IMG/VR virus record: IMGVR_UViG_3300013307_000002
Location: 1-64,000 of that record
Source of the DNA: a virus
DNA length: 64,000 nt
Reading direction: 5' to 3' (one strand)
Shown here: positions 47,326-58,555 of the stretch, in pieces
Numbering within the stretch: the first letter of the stretch is position 1
Layout of the letters: every line of letters starts with the position of its first letter
Program-made: the position numbers and the translations under genes
Notes under the pieces: generated by a model
Seen by the model: the letters and a program-made list of their open reading frames with translations, nothing else
Databases searched by the model: none
Told to the model about the DNA's origin: nothing

Positions 47326-49353
47326 ATGTGTGGAATCGTATTGGCAGGTGGTAACTTATTCGCTACAGAAGCAGATATTTTTAGTAATCTTCTGTATGCT
47401 GATGTATTTCGTGGTATTCATGCAACTGGTGTTTATGCAAAGCGTGGTACTGAAGGTATCGTAATGGCTAAAGATGCCGTGCCTTCTTATACTTTCCTTA
47501 ACACGAAAGCTTATAAAGAAGTGCTGACTGGTAAAACAACAGCTAACGTATTTCCTTCTTTCATCGTTGGGCATAACCGCCATGCAACACGGGGTAACTC
47601 AGATGATCCTAAAGGTGCCCACCCGTTCCAGCACGGTAAAATAACGCTGGTTCATAACGGTACTCTGTATGACACTTCTCACTTACCAGAGCACGAGAAG
47701 TTTGTTGTGGACAGTGAAAACATCTGTTACTCGATTGATAAGATTGGAGCGGAAGCGACCATTCAGAAACTGGATGGTGCCTTTACTCTTATTTGGCACG
47801 ATGCCAATGATGAAACAGTGCATATCATTCGTAACAGTGAGCGTCCATTCCATCTTGCCAAAGCAGGCGCTGATTGGTTTGGTGCTTCTGAAGAAGAGAT
47901 GCTGATGTGGATTCTGAATCGCAGCAAATCTGTAGGCAAACGTAAAATTGAACACTTCGAATGCGAAGTAGGTGTTGAATACATCTTCGACGTTAGTGGT
48001 GTCGGTAAGAAGTTTGAACTTAAATCTCAGGTCAAACACACTCTCCCAACTTTTACGTACGCCAGTCGTTATGGAGCGCTGGGAAGCGGTTGGCAAAACA
48101 GCTATGGAAACAAGAGAAGCTACTATCCAGCGGTAAGTCAGGAAGAAAGAAAGGCAACCGCAAACGCAGGCTATAATGCTATTGCTATTCGTAATGGCCT
48201 TAAAGTTCGTGTTGATCATCGTGTTGACTTTATTCCAACATCTTTCTTCCCCTACAGCAACAACAGTAATGTAGGTAAGATGATGGGCTACTTCATGGAT
48301 AATGACACTGAGTACCTTGAAGTTGATGTGTTCGGTGTTAAGAAAGAATTGTATGACGAGTCTCAGAGAGATTTGAACTTCGTCTTTACTGGCACTGTTC
48401 AGTCTATCATTGAGCTGAAACCTGCTGCCTCTGCCCATAGCAACCGCCCTATTCCTCGTCTGATTGTGACTGGTATTTCTTTGCTTAGTCCAGAAGCAAA
48501 AAAAACAAGGGATACGATTGACGAAGAGTTAACTGAACTCGCTGATGATGTACCTTTTGAGCATGAAGGGGGTGATACGGATTCTCCGGACTCCTTTCGT
48601 ACCATTGGAGGTACAGAGATTACTCGCGACTTTTGGATGAAGCATGACCACGGTGTCTGCATGGGTTGTAACAAAACAATCCCGTGGAGTAAGGCGAAGG
48701 ATGCAGCATATGCATACCAAGCTTTCTGGCATCCAGAATGTTTAGCTCGTACAGAGAAAGAAGAGGCTGATGTTCGTGAACAGTCTAATAATACTTTCTA
48801 CTGTGGTTCATGTGGTAGTGAAAAGGATATGAAATTCCTCGACACCACTGCATCAGCGAAGAACGAAACTGACACTTGCTCAGCTTGCGGCTCTGAAGAA
48901 CGTCGTCGTGGCGCTGTTCAGGGGAATGATTACGTCACCGCTTCTTTCAAAGTTTCGGATAGTTCAGGTAATGTTAAAATGACGTCTCGTGTGTTTAATC
49001 GTCGTGAGTTTGAACACATGATTCGTGAACGTGGTAGTGATAGTGTGGAGTTCAAAAACTTAGCAGATGCGAATATTACACTTCGCGGAAGCAATGTGTT
49101 TGCTTATTTCTATAAGAAAGATGGTAGTCACAAAGCTGTAGCTAAGGAGGAAACCAGCACTCAAGCTGGAAGCTTTCCCACAGCAAAGTTCATCAAAAAG
49201 TCTGATGGAACAAGCTACAAAGTCTCAAAAGCCCTCTGGCTTCAAATCGGTTCTTGCGTCCATTGTCGGAGCACTGTTCCGTGGATAGATGTTGAGAAGT
49301 GTTCATTTACTGAAAATGGTAAAGTGGTCTGCAAAGATTGTAAAGGTGAATAA
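47326..49353 (+). CDS. class II (Ntn) glutamine amidotransferase with C-terminal Zn-finger repeats
   Basis: N-terminal 'MCGIV', 'RG.HATG', 'GHNRHAT', 'AHPF', 'HNGTL', 'VDSE'; several CxxC motifs in the C-half. Confidence 0.9.
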   Translation: MCGIVLAGGNLFATEADIFSNLLYADVFRGIHATGVYAKRGTEGIVMAKDAVPSYTFLNTKAYKEVLTGKTTANVFPSFIVGHNRHATRGNSDDPKGAHPFQHGKITLVHNGTLYDTSHLPEHEKFVVDSENICYSIDKIGAEATIQKLDGAFTLIWHDANDETVHIIRNSERPFHLAKAGADWFGASEEEMLMWILNRSKSVGKRKIEHFECEVGVEYIFDVSGVGKKFELKSQVKHTLPTFTYASRYGALGSGWQNSYGNKRSYYPAVSQEERKATANAGYNAIAIRNGLKVRVDHRVDFIPTSFFPYSNNSNVGKMMGYFMDNDTEYLEVDVFGVKKELYDESQRDLNFVFTGTVQSIIELKPAASAHSNRPIPRLIVTGISLLSPEAKKTRDTIDEELTELADDVPFEHEGGDTDSPDSFRTIGGTEITRDFWMKHDHGVCMGCNKTIPWSKAKDAAYAYQAFWHPECLARTEKEEADVREQSNNTFYCGSCGSEKDMKFLDTTASAKNETDTCSACGSEERRRGAVQGNDYVTASFKVSDSSGNVKMTSRVFNRREFEHMIRERGSDSVEFKNLADANITLRGSNVFAYFYKKDGSHKAVAKEETSTQAGSFPTAKFIKKSDGTSYKVSKALWLQIGSCVHCRSTVPWIDVEKCSFTENGKVVCKDCKGE

Positions 49354-49771
49354 AATGGAAGTGAAGAAAATTTTACTGGATGATGTAGCGGTTGTACGTA
49401 AAATCCCTATGTCAGAGAAAGGATGCGACAATCTCCGAGCTATTCAGAAGTATCTCGTTGATGGACTATCAGCAAAAATGGGTAAGCCTGTTGAGCTGCC
49501 ATACCCTACCGTGATTAACATGGTTCTTGCTGAGTTTGTACAGAGGCACAATATCCATGTCCCAGGTAAGTCAAGTTGAGTTTTCACTAGCTTTCATCAT
49601 GGGTCGACTCTCCGCTCTTGTGGCGGAGCAGTCTCGTGCCTATGTTTATGCTTTCGATATCGAAGCACCCTCTGATGAAGTTTATTTTCAATCATTAGAA
49701 GATTACATATTCCTAGCAGAACAAATCCAATACTGCTTAATTGAACTCGATCAAATCAAAAGGTTATTAAA

Positions 49772-51025
49772 ATGACTCGTATTGCTATCCTTCCTTATGG
49801 CCCATCTGACTCTTGTACTGCACTGCGTGATGCTCTTATTGCTCAGTTTGAAGGTGACAACACTACTTCTGTTCGTAAACTTCGTAGTGATAATAGCAGC
49901 ACTTTTCGTGGTCGTGCTGGTGATATCATCATCAACTATGGCAATCGTTCAGCCCCTGAAGAACGTTTCGGTAATGCCTTTGTCTTAAACAGTCAGGGTG
50001 CTCTGAGAAATGCAGCTAACAAGCTGAATGCCTTGAATACGATGCGTAATAACAACGTGTCAACTGTCCCATTCACTGTAAACTCAGAAGAAGCTCGTAT
50101 TTGGGCGGCATCTGGTTCAGTTGTATATGCTCGTACAACTTTGAATGGTCACTCTGGTGAAGGTATTGTTGTTGTCAATGCTAATAACATTGATGCTATG
50201 CCGGAAGCACCTCTGTACACCAAGGGTATTACTGGTCGTCGTCGTGAATGGCGTGTTCATGTTTTCGATGGTGTAATCACTCATGTTCAGGTTAAACGTC
50301 GTCGTAACGGTTATGCTGAAGATCCTAACTATCGTGATGATGTACGTAACCATCAAACTGGTTGGATTTATGCAACTGAAAACATCAACCCATCTCAGGC
50401 AGTTCTGCGTAATGCAGTGAATGCTGTTGCTTGTATGGGTCTTGACTTCGGTGCTGTTGATATCATCAGTCTTGGTGATGAAGCTTGGGTTCTGGAGGTT
50501 AATACTGCTCCGGGTCTTCAGGCAGAAACTACTATGACAGCTTTTGTCAATGCTCTAACTGCGAAAATTCATAACATTCGCTTCCGGGGTGCGCCTCAAA
50601 TGGTTATCACTCCAGCGTTCCAACTGGAACCAGAGGTACAGGAAGAAGATGCTTTTACTCCAGAAGAAATTGCTGCTGAAGAAGATGATCTTGCTGGTAG
50701 TTATGACCCAGAAGCCGCAGCCTTCTTTAATGCGGGAGCTTTTGGCACTGATCGTCCGGCAGCCATGTCAGCTCCTCAAGTACAAATGACTGCTGAAGGT
50801 ACTCTCCCTGAAGCAGAAACTCGCAATGTTCCAGATGGCTATTATCTTGCAAATATTCAGCGAATGGACGATCGTTCAACTGCAATGAATGTAATTGTGT
50901 GGGTTTCTAGTGGTCTTGTATATCGACACGGTTGGAACTCTCCGATTCGTCTGAGTCAAGTTCGTGGCCTTCGTGCCATCACCTCTGTAGTGTCTGGTAA
51001 CGAAACTGTAGCTGTTTCTGTATAA
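49772..51025 (+). CDS. ATP-grasp peptide ligase
   Basis: 'AANKL', 'REWRVHV', 'LDFGAVDI', 'VLEVNTAPG'. Confidence 0.88.
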   Translation: MTRIAILPYGPSDSCTALRDALIAQFEGDNTTSVRKLRSDNSSTFRGRAGDIIINYGNRSAPEERFGNAFVLNSQGALRNAANKLNALNTMRNNNVSTVPFTVNSEEARIWAASGSVVYARTTLNGHSGEGIVVVNANNIDAMPEAPLYTKGITGRRREWRVHVFDGVITHVQVKRRRNGYAEDPNYRDDVRNHQTGWIYATENINPSQAVLRNAVNAVACMGLDFGAVDIISLGDEAWVLEVNTAPGLQAETTMTAFVNALTAKIHNIRFRGAPQMVITPAFQLEPEVQEEDAFTPEEIAAEEDDLAGSYDPEAAAFFNAGAFGTDRPAAMSAPQVQMTAEGTLPEAETRNVPDGYYLANIQRMDDRSTAMNVIVWVSSGLVYRHGWNSPIRLSQVRGLRAITSVVSGNETVAVSV

Positions 51026-51936
51026 CTTTTTAAACAACTTATTAAGGGTATTAGTATGTCAATGGAAGACATTTTAGATCGCGGTTTTATGGAAGAAAAA
51101 GAGCCTATGATTGTCCACTCTCGCAAAGTTCTTAAAGGGCTTTGTGAAGAGTATGGAATCACCAATCAGCGTCGAGTTAGCAGCGAGTATTCAGCTTTCG
51201 TTACCTTCATGAATCGTGGTGATGAAGAAAGTGCTCGTCGTATGCTGACTCAGTGGCAAGAAGATGAAGCTGTAACTAAAATCCCTCACTAATAACTGAA
51301 ACAACAGCCCGGCGGTGTTCGGGCTTATGGAGTTCTTATGGCTATTGTAACTGCTAAGAAAGTATTTACTGCACTGAATCCTGAAAATGGTCTTATGTTA
51401 GACATTGTTGCTAACAGCTTTATTCGTAATGGAGATCATTTTGAGTTTGCCGACAGTACAAGTATTATTGCTTTTATCCCTGATAATTTTATTGTGGCAC
51501 TGAAGGATAACATCGTAAATGAATAATACAGCCAAGTAAGGCAAAAGTAATTAATTACTACAAGGCATTCTTTTGAGTGCCTTGTGTTGATTATGTTGGA
51601 GAATACTTATGTTGAAATACAGTATTCATGGAAGGATGGATAAGGATGATGATTGGCATTTTATTGGAGTCTTCTCTGAAGAGGAGTTGGAAGATAAAAT
51701 TGATTATTATCTAATCTTCTGGAGATACCTAAAGCGTCAAGCTTTTATAGGATATTTATGAAAATCGGAAGTCCTGAACACAAGAAGTTTCAAGAAGAAA
51801 ATGGTCGTAAGCTCCGAGAAAGGCTTCAGAAAGAAGTTGAAGCCGGGCCAAAAAGTGATGGCATGTTTGACCGCTTATCACATAACTTTTCTTCAAATCT
51901 GTTAAATTCACTCAACACTCGTAAGGTAGTTAAATA

Positions 51937-52338
51937 ATGTCAGATGTTCAACTGGTAGCTGTATATGGATCACTTCGTTCAGGGATGCAGAACTTTCACG
52001 TTAACAATCGAGCTGGAGCTGCTCTGGTTGGTAAGGGTGCTACTGTAGATAACCACGATCTGTTTCGTTATGCAGGTTGCTACTTCCCATCAGTTTCTCT
52101 GGCACATTCAGAGTCAGGTAAACCTGTTGTAGTGGAAGTATTCGCCACAGATGAAGCAGGACTGACTGGCCCGTATGATGCTCTTGAGGGTTATCCAAAC
52201 TTCTATAATCGTACTCAGATTCCAGTTAAACTGGATGATGGTCGCGATGTTATGGCTTGGATTTATCACATTGATGAAGAGCAATCTGATCGTGTTGAAT
52301 CTGGTGATTGGGTTGAATATTGCAAAGGGGATAAATAA
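51937..52338 (+). CDS. gamma-glutamylcyclotransferase (AIG2-like)
   Basis: 'VYGSLRSG..N', 'DALEGYPNFYNR', 'AWIY', 'SGDW'. Confidence 0.9.
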   Translation: MSDVQLVAVYGSLRSGMQNFHVNNRAGAALVGKGATVDNHDLFRYAGCYFPSVSLAHSESGKPVVVEVFATDEAGLTGPYDALEGYPNFYNRTQIPVKLDDGRDVMAWIYHIDEEQSDRVESGDWVEYCKGDK

Positions 52339-52760
52339 TGGGCTTAGTTAATCTGGAAACTTTAAACAGAATTAAAGAAGAAAGACGACAAGCTTATCTA
52401 TCTGGTAACTACGGGGTTTCTCAAGCTTTAAGGGCTTTAGATTCTGCTATCGCACAACTCGAACAGATAGATTTAGTGACCAAAAATCTTGAATTAAAGG
52501 TTGTTGAGAAAGGATAACCTATGTGCTCCAAAGTTGAAGAAGTAAGGCAGCTTCAACAAAAACTATGCTTCTTCAAATGGAAAATCCGTACATTCGAAAA
52601 ATACTGGTCAGAGCAAAAGCTGACCGGTTCAAGAAACACAATCGAATATGCGGAGAAGAGCATTAAAGCCTATGAAGCCGCCGCTGATACTTGTCTTAGG
52701 CGTATTGGCGAATTAATAGGATAAAGTAATTATGCTCATGGAACTCAAGGAGAGAAGAGC

Positions 52761-54557
52761 GTGAAAACAGATAAAGTAATCGTAGGTGATACAGCTTGTC
52801 CAGAATGTCGCTCTCATGGACGTGACAAGTCAGGCAATCACCTAATCCTTTTTCACAACACTCAGACAGATGAGCGGTGGGGCAAATGTGGTCGTTGTGG
52901 TCACTATGAGGTATTTGATAAGGGTAATATGCCTGAAGTCAAAGAGAAGAAGGAGCTAACTCCAGAAGAGCTTAAAGAGCTTTTGGATGAAGTTCTGGAA
53001 CTTCCTCAGAAAGACCTCACTGACAGATTGATTCCTAAATCTGTTGCTGAACGCTTCGGTGTTCGTATTGGTCTTAGTTGTGAAGATGGTCAGACCCCTG
53101 TAAGTTATTTCTTTCCTCGTGAGAAGGAAGGGGATATTCAGGGGTATGAAGTTAAAGGTATTGAACGTAAATATTTTTACTTCGTAGGTAATGTCAAAGA
53201 GTCTGATTTCTTTGGACTCTCTCAAGCACAGCGTGGCGATGTTTATAACAAGAAGCTTTTCATCTTTGAGGATGCTTTGAGTTGTATGTCTGGTTTCCAT
53301 GTCCTGACTCAGTTCACGACAGCCACTAACATCAAACCAGCTTGTGTTGCACTTCCAAACGGTGCAGGAAGCATCTCTTCAGTCATGTCTCGCAATCGTG
53401 AGTTTCTTAACGGCTTTGATGAAATTGTTATCTGTATGGATAATGATTCTGCTGGAGAGGAAGCTCTGATTAAAGGTCGTGCTCTTTATCCGAATGCCAA
53501 GTTTGCAAGGATTCCGAAAGGTATCTTTACTTACAAAGGTAATGAGAAAGAGATGAAGGATGCCAATGATATGCTTCTGGCAGGTCGTGGTCAGGAACTC
53601 TTTAACATTCTCAAGTATTCAGCGAAACGTGAATCTCCAGCAGGTTCTGTTACGGTGTTTGATTGCTTAGAGGATGCTCTAAAGAAACCTGAGTGGGGTA
53701 TTCCATATCCGTGGGAGACTCTGAACAACATGACCTTTGGTATTCGTTGGGGTGAGATGGTCGCTATTGGTGGCGGTGTAGGGTCTGGTAAGACTCTGAT
53801 TGCTCATGAACTAGTAGCGTGGCTTTGCCTCAAGCACGGATTTAATGGCGGTGGATTCTTCTTAGAAGAAAAAGTCGGCATGTCCGTTAAGAATATCGCT
53901 GGTAAAGCAGCAAGTATTCCATTCCATCGTCCAGATATCGAGTATGACCAAGATGTTCTGTACAACGAAGCTTTGAAGTTCGCTGATAAGTTCTTCCTGT
54001 ACGACAACTTTGGTCAGAATGACTGGAGTGATATTAAGCAGTGTATTCGTTTTTGGGTTGTTGAGAATGATTGTAAGTTTATTATTCTTGATAACATCAC
54101 AGCCCTTGTCTCACATCTTACTCCTTCAGAGATCAATACTGAGATTAGTAAGATTGCATCTGAGCTTGCTGGTATGTGTCAGGAACTGAACTTCACTGCT
54201 TTTGTTCTGTCTCACTTGAACTCACCAACATCAGGCAATCCTCATGAAGAGGGCGGTCAGGTTAAAGAGGTGCAGTTCACTGGTTCTCGTTCACTTATGC
54301 GTTGGTGCCAGTGCATCATCGGCTTTGAGCGTAACAAACAGGCAGATGGTAATGGAAAGAACTTGTCCTTGATTCGACTTCTCAAGGAACGTAACTATGG
54401 TCAGACAGGTATCTGTTATACCAAGTACGAACCAGCCACAGGGCGTCTCTTAGAGCGTACTGAGGAAGAAGTGGATGAAGGTAATCCTTTTGCTTGCATG
54501 GAAGATGTAATCGCAATGGAAGAAGGTGCGAAAGAGAATGACAAGTCTCCGTGGTAA
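52761..54557 (+). CDS. primase/helicase (T7 gp4-like)
   Basis: Zn-binding 'CPEC...CGRC', TOPRIM 'MDNDSAG', 'GGVGSGKT', 'IILDNI', 'VLSHL'. Confidence 0.93.
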   Translation: MKTDKVIVGDTACPECRSHGRDKSGNHLILFHNTQTDERWGKCGRCGHYEVFDKGNMPEVKEKKELTPEELKELLDEVLELPQKDLTDRLIPKSVAERFGVRIGLSCEDGQTPVSYFFPREKEGDIQGYEVKGIERKYFYFVGNVKESDFFGLSQAQRGDVYNKKLFIFEDALSCMSGFHVLTQFTTATNIKPACVALPNGAGSISSVMSRNREFLNGFDEIVICMDNDSAGEEALIKGRALYPNAKFARIPKGIFTYKGNEKEMKDANDMLLAGRGQELFNILKYSAKRESPAGSVTVFDCLEDALKKPEWGIPYPWETLNNMTFGIRWGEMVAIGGGVGSGKTLIAHELVAWLCLKHGFNGGGFFLEEKVGMSVKNIAGKAASIPFHRPDIEYDQDVLYNEALKFADKFFLYDNFGQNDWSDIKQCIRFWVVENDCKFIILDNITALVSHLTPSEINTEISKIASELAGMCQELNFTAFVLSHLNSPTSGNPHEEGGQVKEVQFTGSRSLMRWCQCIIGFERNKQADGNGKNLSLIRLLKERNYGQTGICYTKYEPATGRLLERTEEEVDEGNPFACMEDVIAMEEGAKENDKSPW

Positions 54558-55074
54558 TAAAAAGATCTATGCGTTCGATATTGAATCCAACGGTCTGTAT
54601 GATGATATTACAACCGTTTGGTGTGTCTTTATCGAGGACATTCTCACAGGAGAGAAGTGGGGGTATCGCCCCCATGAGATTGAATTTGCTATTGAGAAAC
54701 TGAAAGATGCTGATATTCTCGTAGGGCATAACATCATTGACTACGACTTACCAGCTCTTGCTAAAGTTTATGGGCAGCTTAAGGGCTGCTCTTTCAATGT
54801 AGTAGATACTCTCTGCCTGAGTCGTTTTCTTCAACCAGACCGTAACTTTGAATCTCCTCCGGGACACTCCTTAAAATCTTGGGGTATCAGGTTAGGTGAT
54901 GCAAAAGGTGCTTATGGTGATGAAGTAGAAAACGCTTGGGACGTCTTCAGTGAGGAGATGTTTGAATATTGTGAGCAGGATGTTCACGTAACTGTTCTGC
55001 TGTACAAAACACTGTGTAGGGCGGCTGGTTATGATGTTGCAGACCCGCCGACTATCACTAATACGTTAAATTGA
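54538..55074 (+). CDS. stand-alone DNA polymerase A 3'-5' exonuclease domain (split polymerase)
   Basis: ExoI 'FDIESNG', ExoII 'GHNIIDYD', 'HSLKSWG', ExoIII 'YCEQDV'. Confidence 0.88.
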   Translation: MTSLRGNKKIYAFDIESNGLYDDITTVWCVFIEDILTGEKWGYRPHEIEFAIEKLKDADILVGHNIIDYDLPALAKVYGQLKGCSFNVVDTLCLSRFLQPDRNFESPPGHSLKSWGIRLGDAKGAYGDEVENAWDVFSEEMFEYCEQDVHVTVLLYKTLCRAAGYDVADPPTITNTLN

Positions 55075-55090
55075 TTATTAGGATAATCCA

Positions 55091-55930
55091 ATGCAAGTAT
55101 GTTCTCTTGGAACCGCTCTAGCTTCTATTGCTCCAAATCAACGGCTTAATACGGGGATTGATTTCTTAAGACTTTTGAGGTCTGAAGGTATTTGTCCTTT
55201 AGGGGAAGGGTTATCCCCTGCTATCATGGGAGGTGCTCCCAGAGATGTGTTCTTTTCAGGAACTAACCCCAATGATATCGATATCTTCTTTTTTGCAAAC
55301 CTAAACTATCAGAGAGCCTCTTCTACAAGGGTTTTAAATAATCTGAAAGAGGATTTAATTGTTTGGTTGGAAGATCAAAACATTGACTACGAATCTCTTC
55401 TCAACGAAGCTAGTAGTGAATATGGAAACGAAAATCGATTCTTGGATATTATCTCTTTTAATTGGAGAGATACAAAGATCCAAGTAATGATTCCTAGTAG
55501 TCATCTTAATACCTCTGGTGATGTATTCTCTTTAGTTAATTCTATGCCGTTGTTCAGCTCAATAGCTGTCACTCAGGAGAATCTTGTTATTGCTAATACA
55601 TTCTTAGCTGCGTATAAGATGTCTGAAAGTAATCTGTATCCATTTACAAGTTATAAGGATGTTGCCTATATACGTAAAAAACGTCCTAATGGTAATTTAA
55701 TCCATGTATCATCAGGAGATGCTTTAAATTATTTAGCTTTTGGTGAGGATGCAAGGAGTGTGTATATTCCTCCTAGTGACCAAAGATCTCCAGAAATGAT
55801 TTACAGATCTTCTAATCCCGTAAGAAGAAGTGTGCTATCACGGAGAGAGATCTCTCGTAGATTCTCCGGGCCTGTTGCATCATCTTTCCGTGATACTTTG
55901 AGTGTCACAAGTTTGAATGAAACGCTTTAA
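55091..55930 (+). CDS. nucleotidyltransferase (CCA/poly(A) polymerase head-like)
   Basis: 'MGGAPRD...PNDIDIF' motif. Confidence 0.65.
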   Translation: MQVCSLGTALASIAPNQRLNTGIDFLRLLRSEGICPLGEGLSPAIMGGAPRDVFFSGTNPNDIDIFFFANLNYQRASSTRVLNNLKEDLIVWLEDQNIDYESLLNEASSEYGNENRFLDIISFNWRDTKIQVMIPSSHLNTSGDVFSLVNSMPLFSSIAVTQENLVIANTFLAAYKMSESNLYPFTSYKDVAYIRKKRPNGNLIHVSSGDALNYLAFGEDARSVYIPPSDQRSPEMIYRSSNPVRRSVLSRREISRRFSGPVASSFRDTLSVTSLNETL

Positions 55931-55954
55931 TAATTTAAAACAAGGATGTTTATA

Positions 55955-56488
55955 ATGAGTTTATTAGGTTCTAAAGAATTACATGATGTAATCGATCAAG
56001 GTTTTCTGGATGCTAAGCATGAGTTTGTTAATGCAGCATCTATTGATATTCGTATTGGCGACACCATTCTGGTAGAAGTTGCTGCGAGTGGTGTTGTTGA
56101 TATTGATAAGAAAGAGAATCTTAACTGGAAAGAAGTTGTTATTCCAGATGAAGGTTATGTGGTGAAGCCCGGTGAGTTCTTCTTGGCTCATAGTGTTGAA
56201 GAGTTTAACCTCCCTGATAATATCAGTGGACAGTTTATTCTCCGTAGCTCTATGGCTCGTTGTGGTATGAATCACGCATTTGCCGGTTGGGTGGATGCAG
56301 GCTTCACTAAAAGTAAACTAACTTTTGAATTTTATAATATAACCCAGCATCATAGCTTGAGGATTAAGAAGGGGATGCGTGTTGGTCAAATGGTATTTTC
56401 TGAACACTCACCTGCTGGAGACCACTCATATGCTGTGAAAGGTAACTACAACAACAGTGCGAGTGTAAGAGCAAGTAATGGTGTTTGA
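55955..56488 (+). CDS. dcd: dCTP deaminase
   Basis: 'NAASIDIRIG', 'RSSMARCG', 'AGWVDAGF...LTFE', 'GQMVF'. Confidence 0.9.
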   Translation: MSLLGSKELHDVIDQGFLDAKHEFVNAASIDIRIGDTILVEVAASGVVDIDKKENLNWKEVVIPDEGYVVKPGEFFLAHSVEEFNLPDNISGQFILRSSMARCGMNHAFAGWVDAGFTKSKLTFEFYNITQHHSLRIKKGMRVGQMVFSEHSPAGDHSYAVKGNYNNSASVRASNGV

Positions 56489-56936
56489 TTTACCAGAAAT
56501 TAAAAGAAGGTTTGATTACCATCAAGATGGGTATTTGATCTGGAAAATTTCTCCTTCTAATAATGTAAAAGTGGGCGACATAGCTGGGTGTTTAAATAGG
56601 GATGGTTATTATAGAGTAACTATAAATAACAGAATTTACCTTCTTCATAGGATTATTTATTTTTGGCATCACGGAGTTCTTCCTGAACTTATTGACCATA
56701 AAGACAGGAATCCTTTGAATAATAAAATAGATAACCTGAGAAGCTCAGATAAAACAAGAAACGGCCTAAACAGAGGTGCTAATAAAAATAGCAAATCTGG
56801 CATAAAAGGTGTTTCATTTGATGTATCAAGAACTAAGTGGAAAGCTCAACTAAAAATCGGATCTAAAGTTTATTCTAAAAGGTTTGATAGTTGTGATGAT
56901 GCAGTAGCTTGGTTAGAAAATTTAAGGAAGGTATAA
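56478..56936 (+). CDS. HNH endonuclease with AP2-like C-terminus
   Basis: 'HRIIY...IDHKDRNPLNNKIDNLR', 'SGIKGV...KWKAQ'. Confidence 0.88.
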   Translation: MVFDLPEIKRRFDYHQDGYLIWKISPSNNVKVGDIAGCLNRDGYYRVTINNRIYLLHRIIYFWHHGVLPELIDHKDRNPLNNKIDNLRSSDKTRNGLNRGANKNSKSGIKGVSFDVSRTKWKAQLKIGSKVYSKRFDSCDDAVAWLENLRKV

Positions 56937-57472
56937 TGTCTCAAGTAAAAGTGTCAAAAGAAGATGGTCGCTATTTCATCCAAATCGATGAAGGGGAAAC
57001 TGGAGTAAATCTTTTTGTAAAAGAAGATACTCTTCCACTCTTACAAGAGGCTATCACCACTCAATTTAACTCAGAAATCGTTCTGGATGATTTTGTCCTA
57101 GACGATGATGACTGTGCGGGGTGCAAGATTTAATGATTGTAAAAGATAGAAAGGGTGATTGGGTTGCTCGTATTTACACACAAAATCCCGGTGAGGACTT
57201 TAAGGTGATTTGTGAGCAGTATTATGCTACCAGAGCTGAAATGCGTGATGGTATTCAGTTGTGGAAAAAGCTAACAGCTAGCTCCACCACTAAAGTAAAA
57301 ATCAAAAGCTATCGAATTAAAATTTTAGGGGAGTCTATTGTCACCCCTATGGGCGTCTTCAACACAGTGGTATACAAAGAAGCTCGATAATGGAAAAAAG
57401 GGTGGGACTTTTGTCCTGCCCTTTATAATGTATATAATAGTATCTATGTACACATGAATAAGGATATTCAAA

Positions 57473-57730
57473 ATGGTATTGACTAAATTATATACTGATA
57501 GCTGCCAGCCTTGTAAGGATATGGCTCCTGTCATTGAAAAAGTTCTGGAAGATTTCCCTGAGATTGAATTTAAGGAAGTAAATGCTCGCACGGAAGAAGG
57601 TGCTGCTAAAGCGGCTGAGCTGGGTGTTCGTTCCGTTCCTACCCTGTTCCTTAATAATGACTATAAGCATAGCGGCCCAATGTCTGAATCTCAGCTAAGG
57701 TCGTGGCTTAGTAATTATCAAGGAGCATAA
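57473..57730 (+). CDS. thioredoxin/glutaredoxin-like protein
   Basis: 'CQPC' active site and 'VRSVPTL'. Confidence 0.85.
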   Translation: MVLTKLYTDSCQPCKDMAPVIEKVLEDFPEIEFKEVNARTEEGAAKAAELGVRSVPTLFLNNDYKHSGPMSESQLRSWLSNYQGA

Positions 57731-58053
57731 TGATGATTGATCTCAGACAAGTTGCTCCTCCTGAAGAAGTCGTAGCCCAATCAAGGGTTATGCAAAAGTA
57801 TTATCACCGAGATATGCTAGGTCGTTATATCAAGAACCGAGATATTGTGGCTTGGTCTATCGGCAATCAAGGTTATCTGTTGAAGGTTCTCCAAGTAGTA
57901 GGAAGCACAGCTAAGCGTGTTAAAGTCTATGACCCTGAGAAGGGTAAGTCTAAGGATGTTTTACCAACTAACTGTATTGTGATCACACAGCAGGTGTTGG
58001 ATAATATTCAGAGAAACGTAGCTCATTCCGAAAACGTAGATGGAGATGTATAA
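57730..58053 (+). CDS. hypothetical protein
   Basis: 107-aa translationally coupled ORF. Confidence 0.6.
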   Translation: MMIDLRQVAPPEEVVAQSRVMQKYYHRDMLGRYIKNRDIVAWSIGNQGYLLKVLQVVGSTAKRVKVYDPEKGKSKDVLPTNCIVITQQVLDNIQRNVAHSENVDGDV

Positions 58054-58496
58054 TGATTGAAACTTCAATGGGTCGCCTTGATGCAATGCAAAATCTTATC
58101 AGTGGATATAATTCAGAGACAGACGTTCTTAATGATTTGTCTCGACATGCACTGACTGTATTAACTAATGCACATGTCGCTGAGTATAGCGATGATAAAT
58201 GTGATTTAATACATCAACTTATTGATGATTTTTCTTGTCACTACTCTAAAATTGCTCGTCGCCTTCAGATTAAAGGTCGAACTATGACCTTAAGCGACAT
58301 TCCTTGTTGCAGTTTCGTTTCAGAAGAAATGGTTATCCCTCAATTGCTCTCCTTAATTTCAGAAATGCGGGACTGCCTGCTCTCTGGTATTAATGTAATG
58401 AGTATAGGAGATAAATATATTCTAGGTGAAATTGCTGCTAAGTTAGATGATACTATCTATTGTCTATCTGAATGCTTAATGAACGACGATGAATAA
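58053..58496 (+). CDS. ferritin/Dps-like four-helix protein (degenerate)
   Basis: 'NAHV...H.LIDD....SKIARRLQIKG' resembles Dps helices; metal ligands partly lost. Confidence 0.4.
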   Translation: MIETSMGRLDAMQNLISGYNSETDVLNDLSRHALTVLTNAHVAEYSDDKCDLIHQLIDDFSCHYSKIARRLQIKGRTMTLSDIPCCSFVSEEMVIPQLLSLISEMRDCLLSGINVMSIGDKYILGEIAAKLDDTIYCLSECLMNDDE

Positions 58497-58555
58497 TTTC
58501 CTGAATTACCCTGCATGATGCGGGGTTTTCTTGTCCTCAATATAAGGAGAGTAGC

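Noticed and set aside
47683-48438. 251-aa minus-strand ORF
   Set aside because: Antisense to the well-supported amidotransferase gene; no motifs
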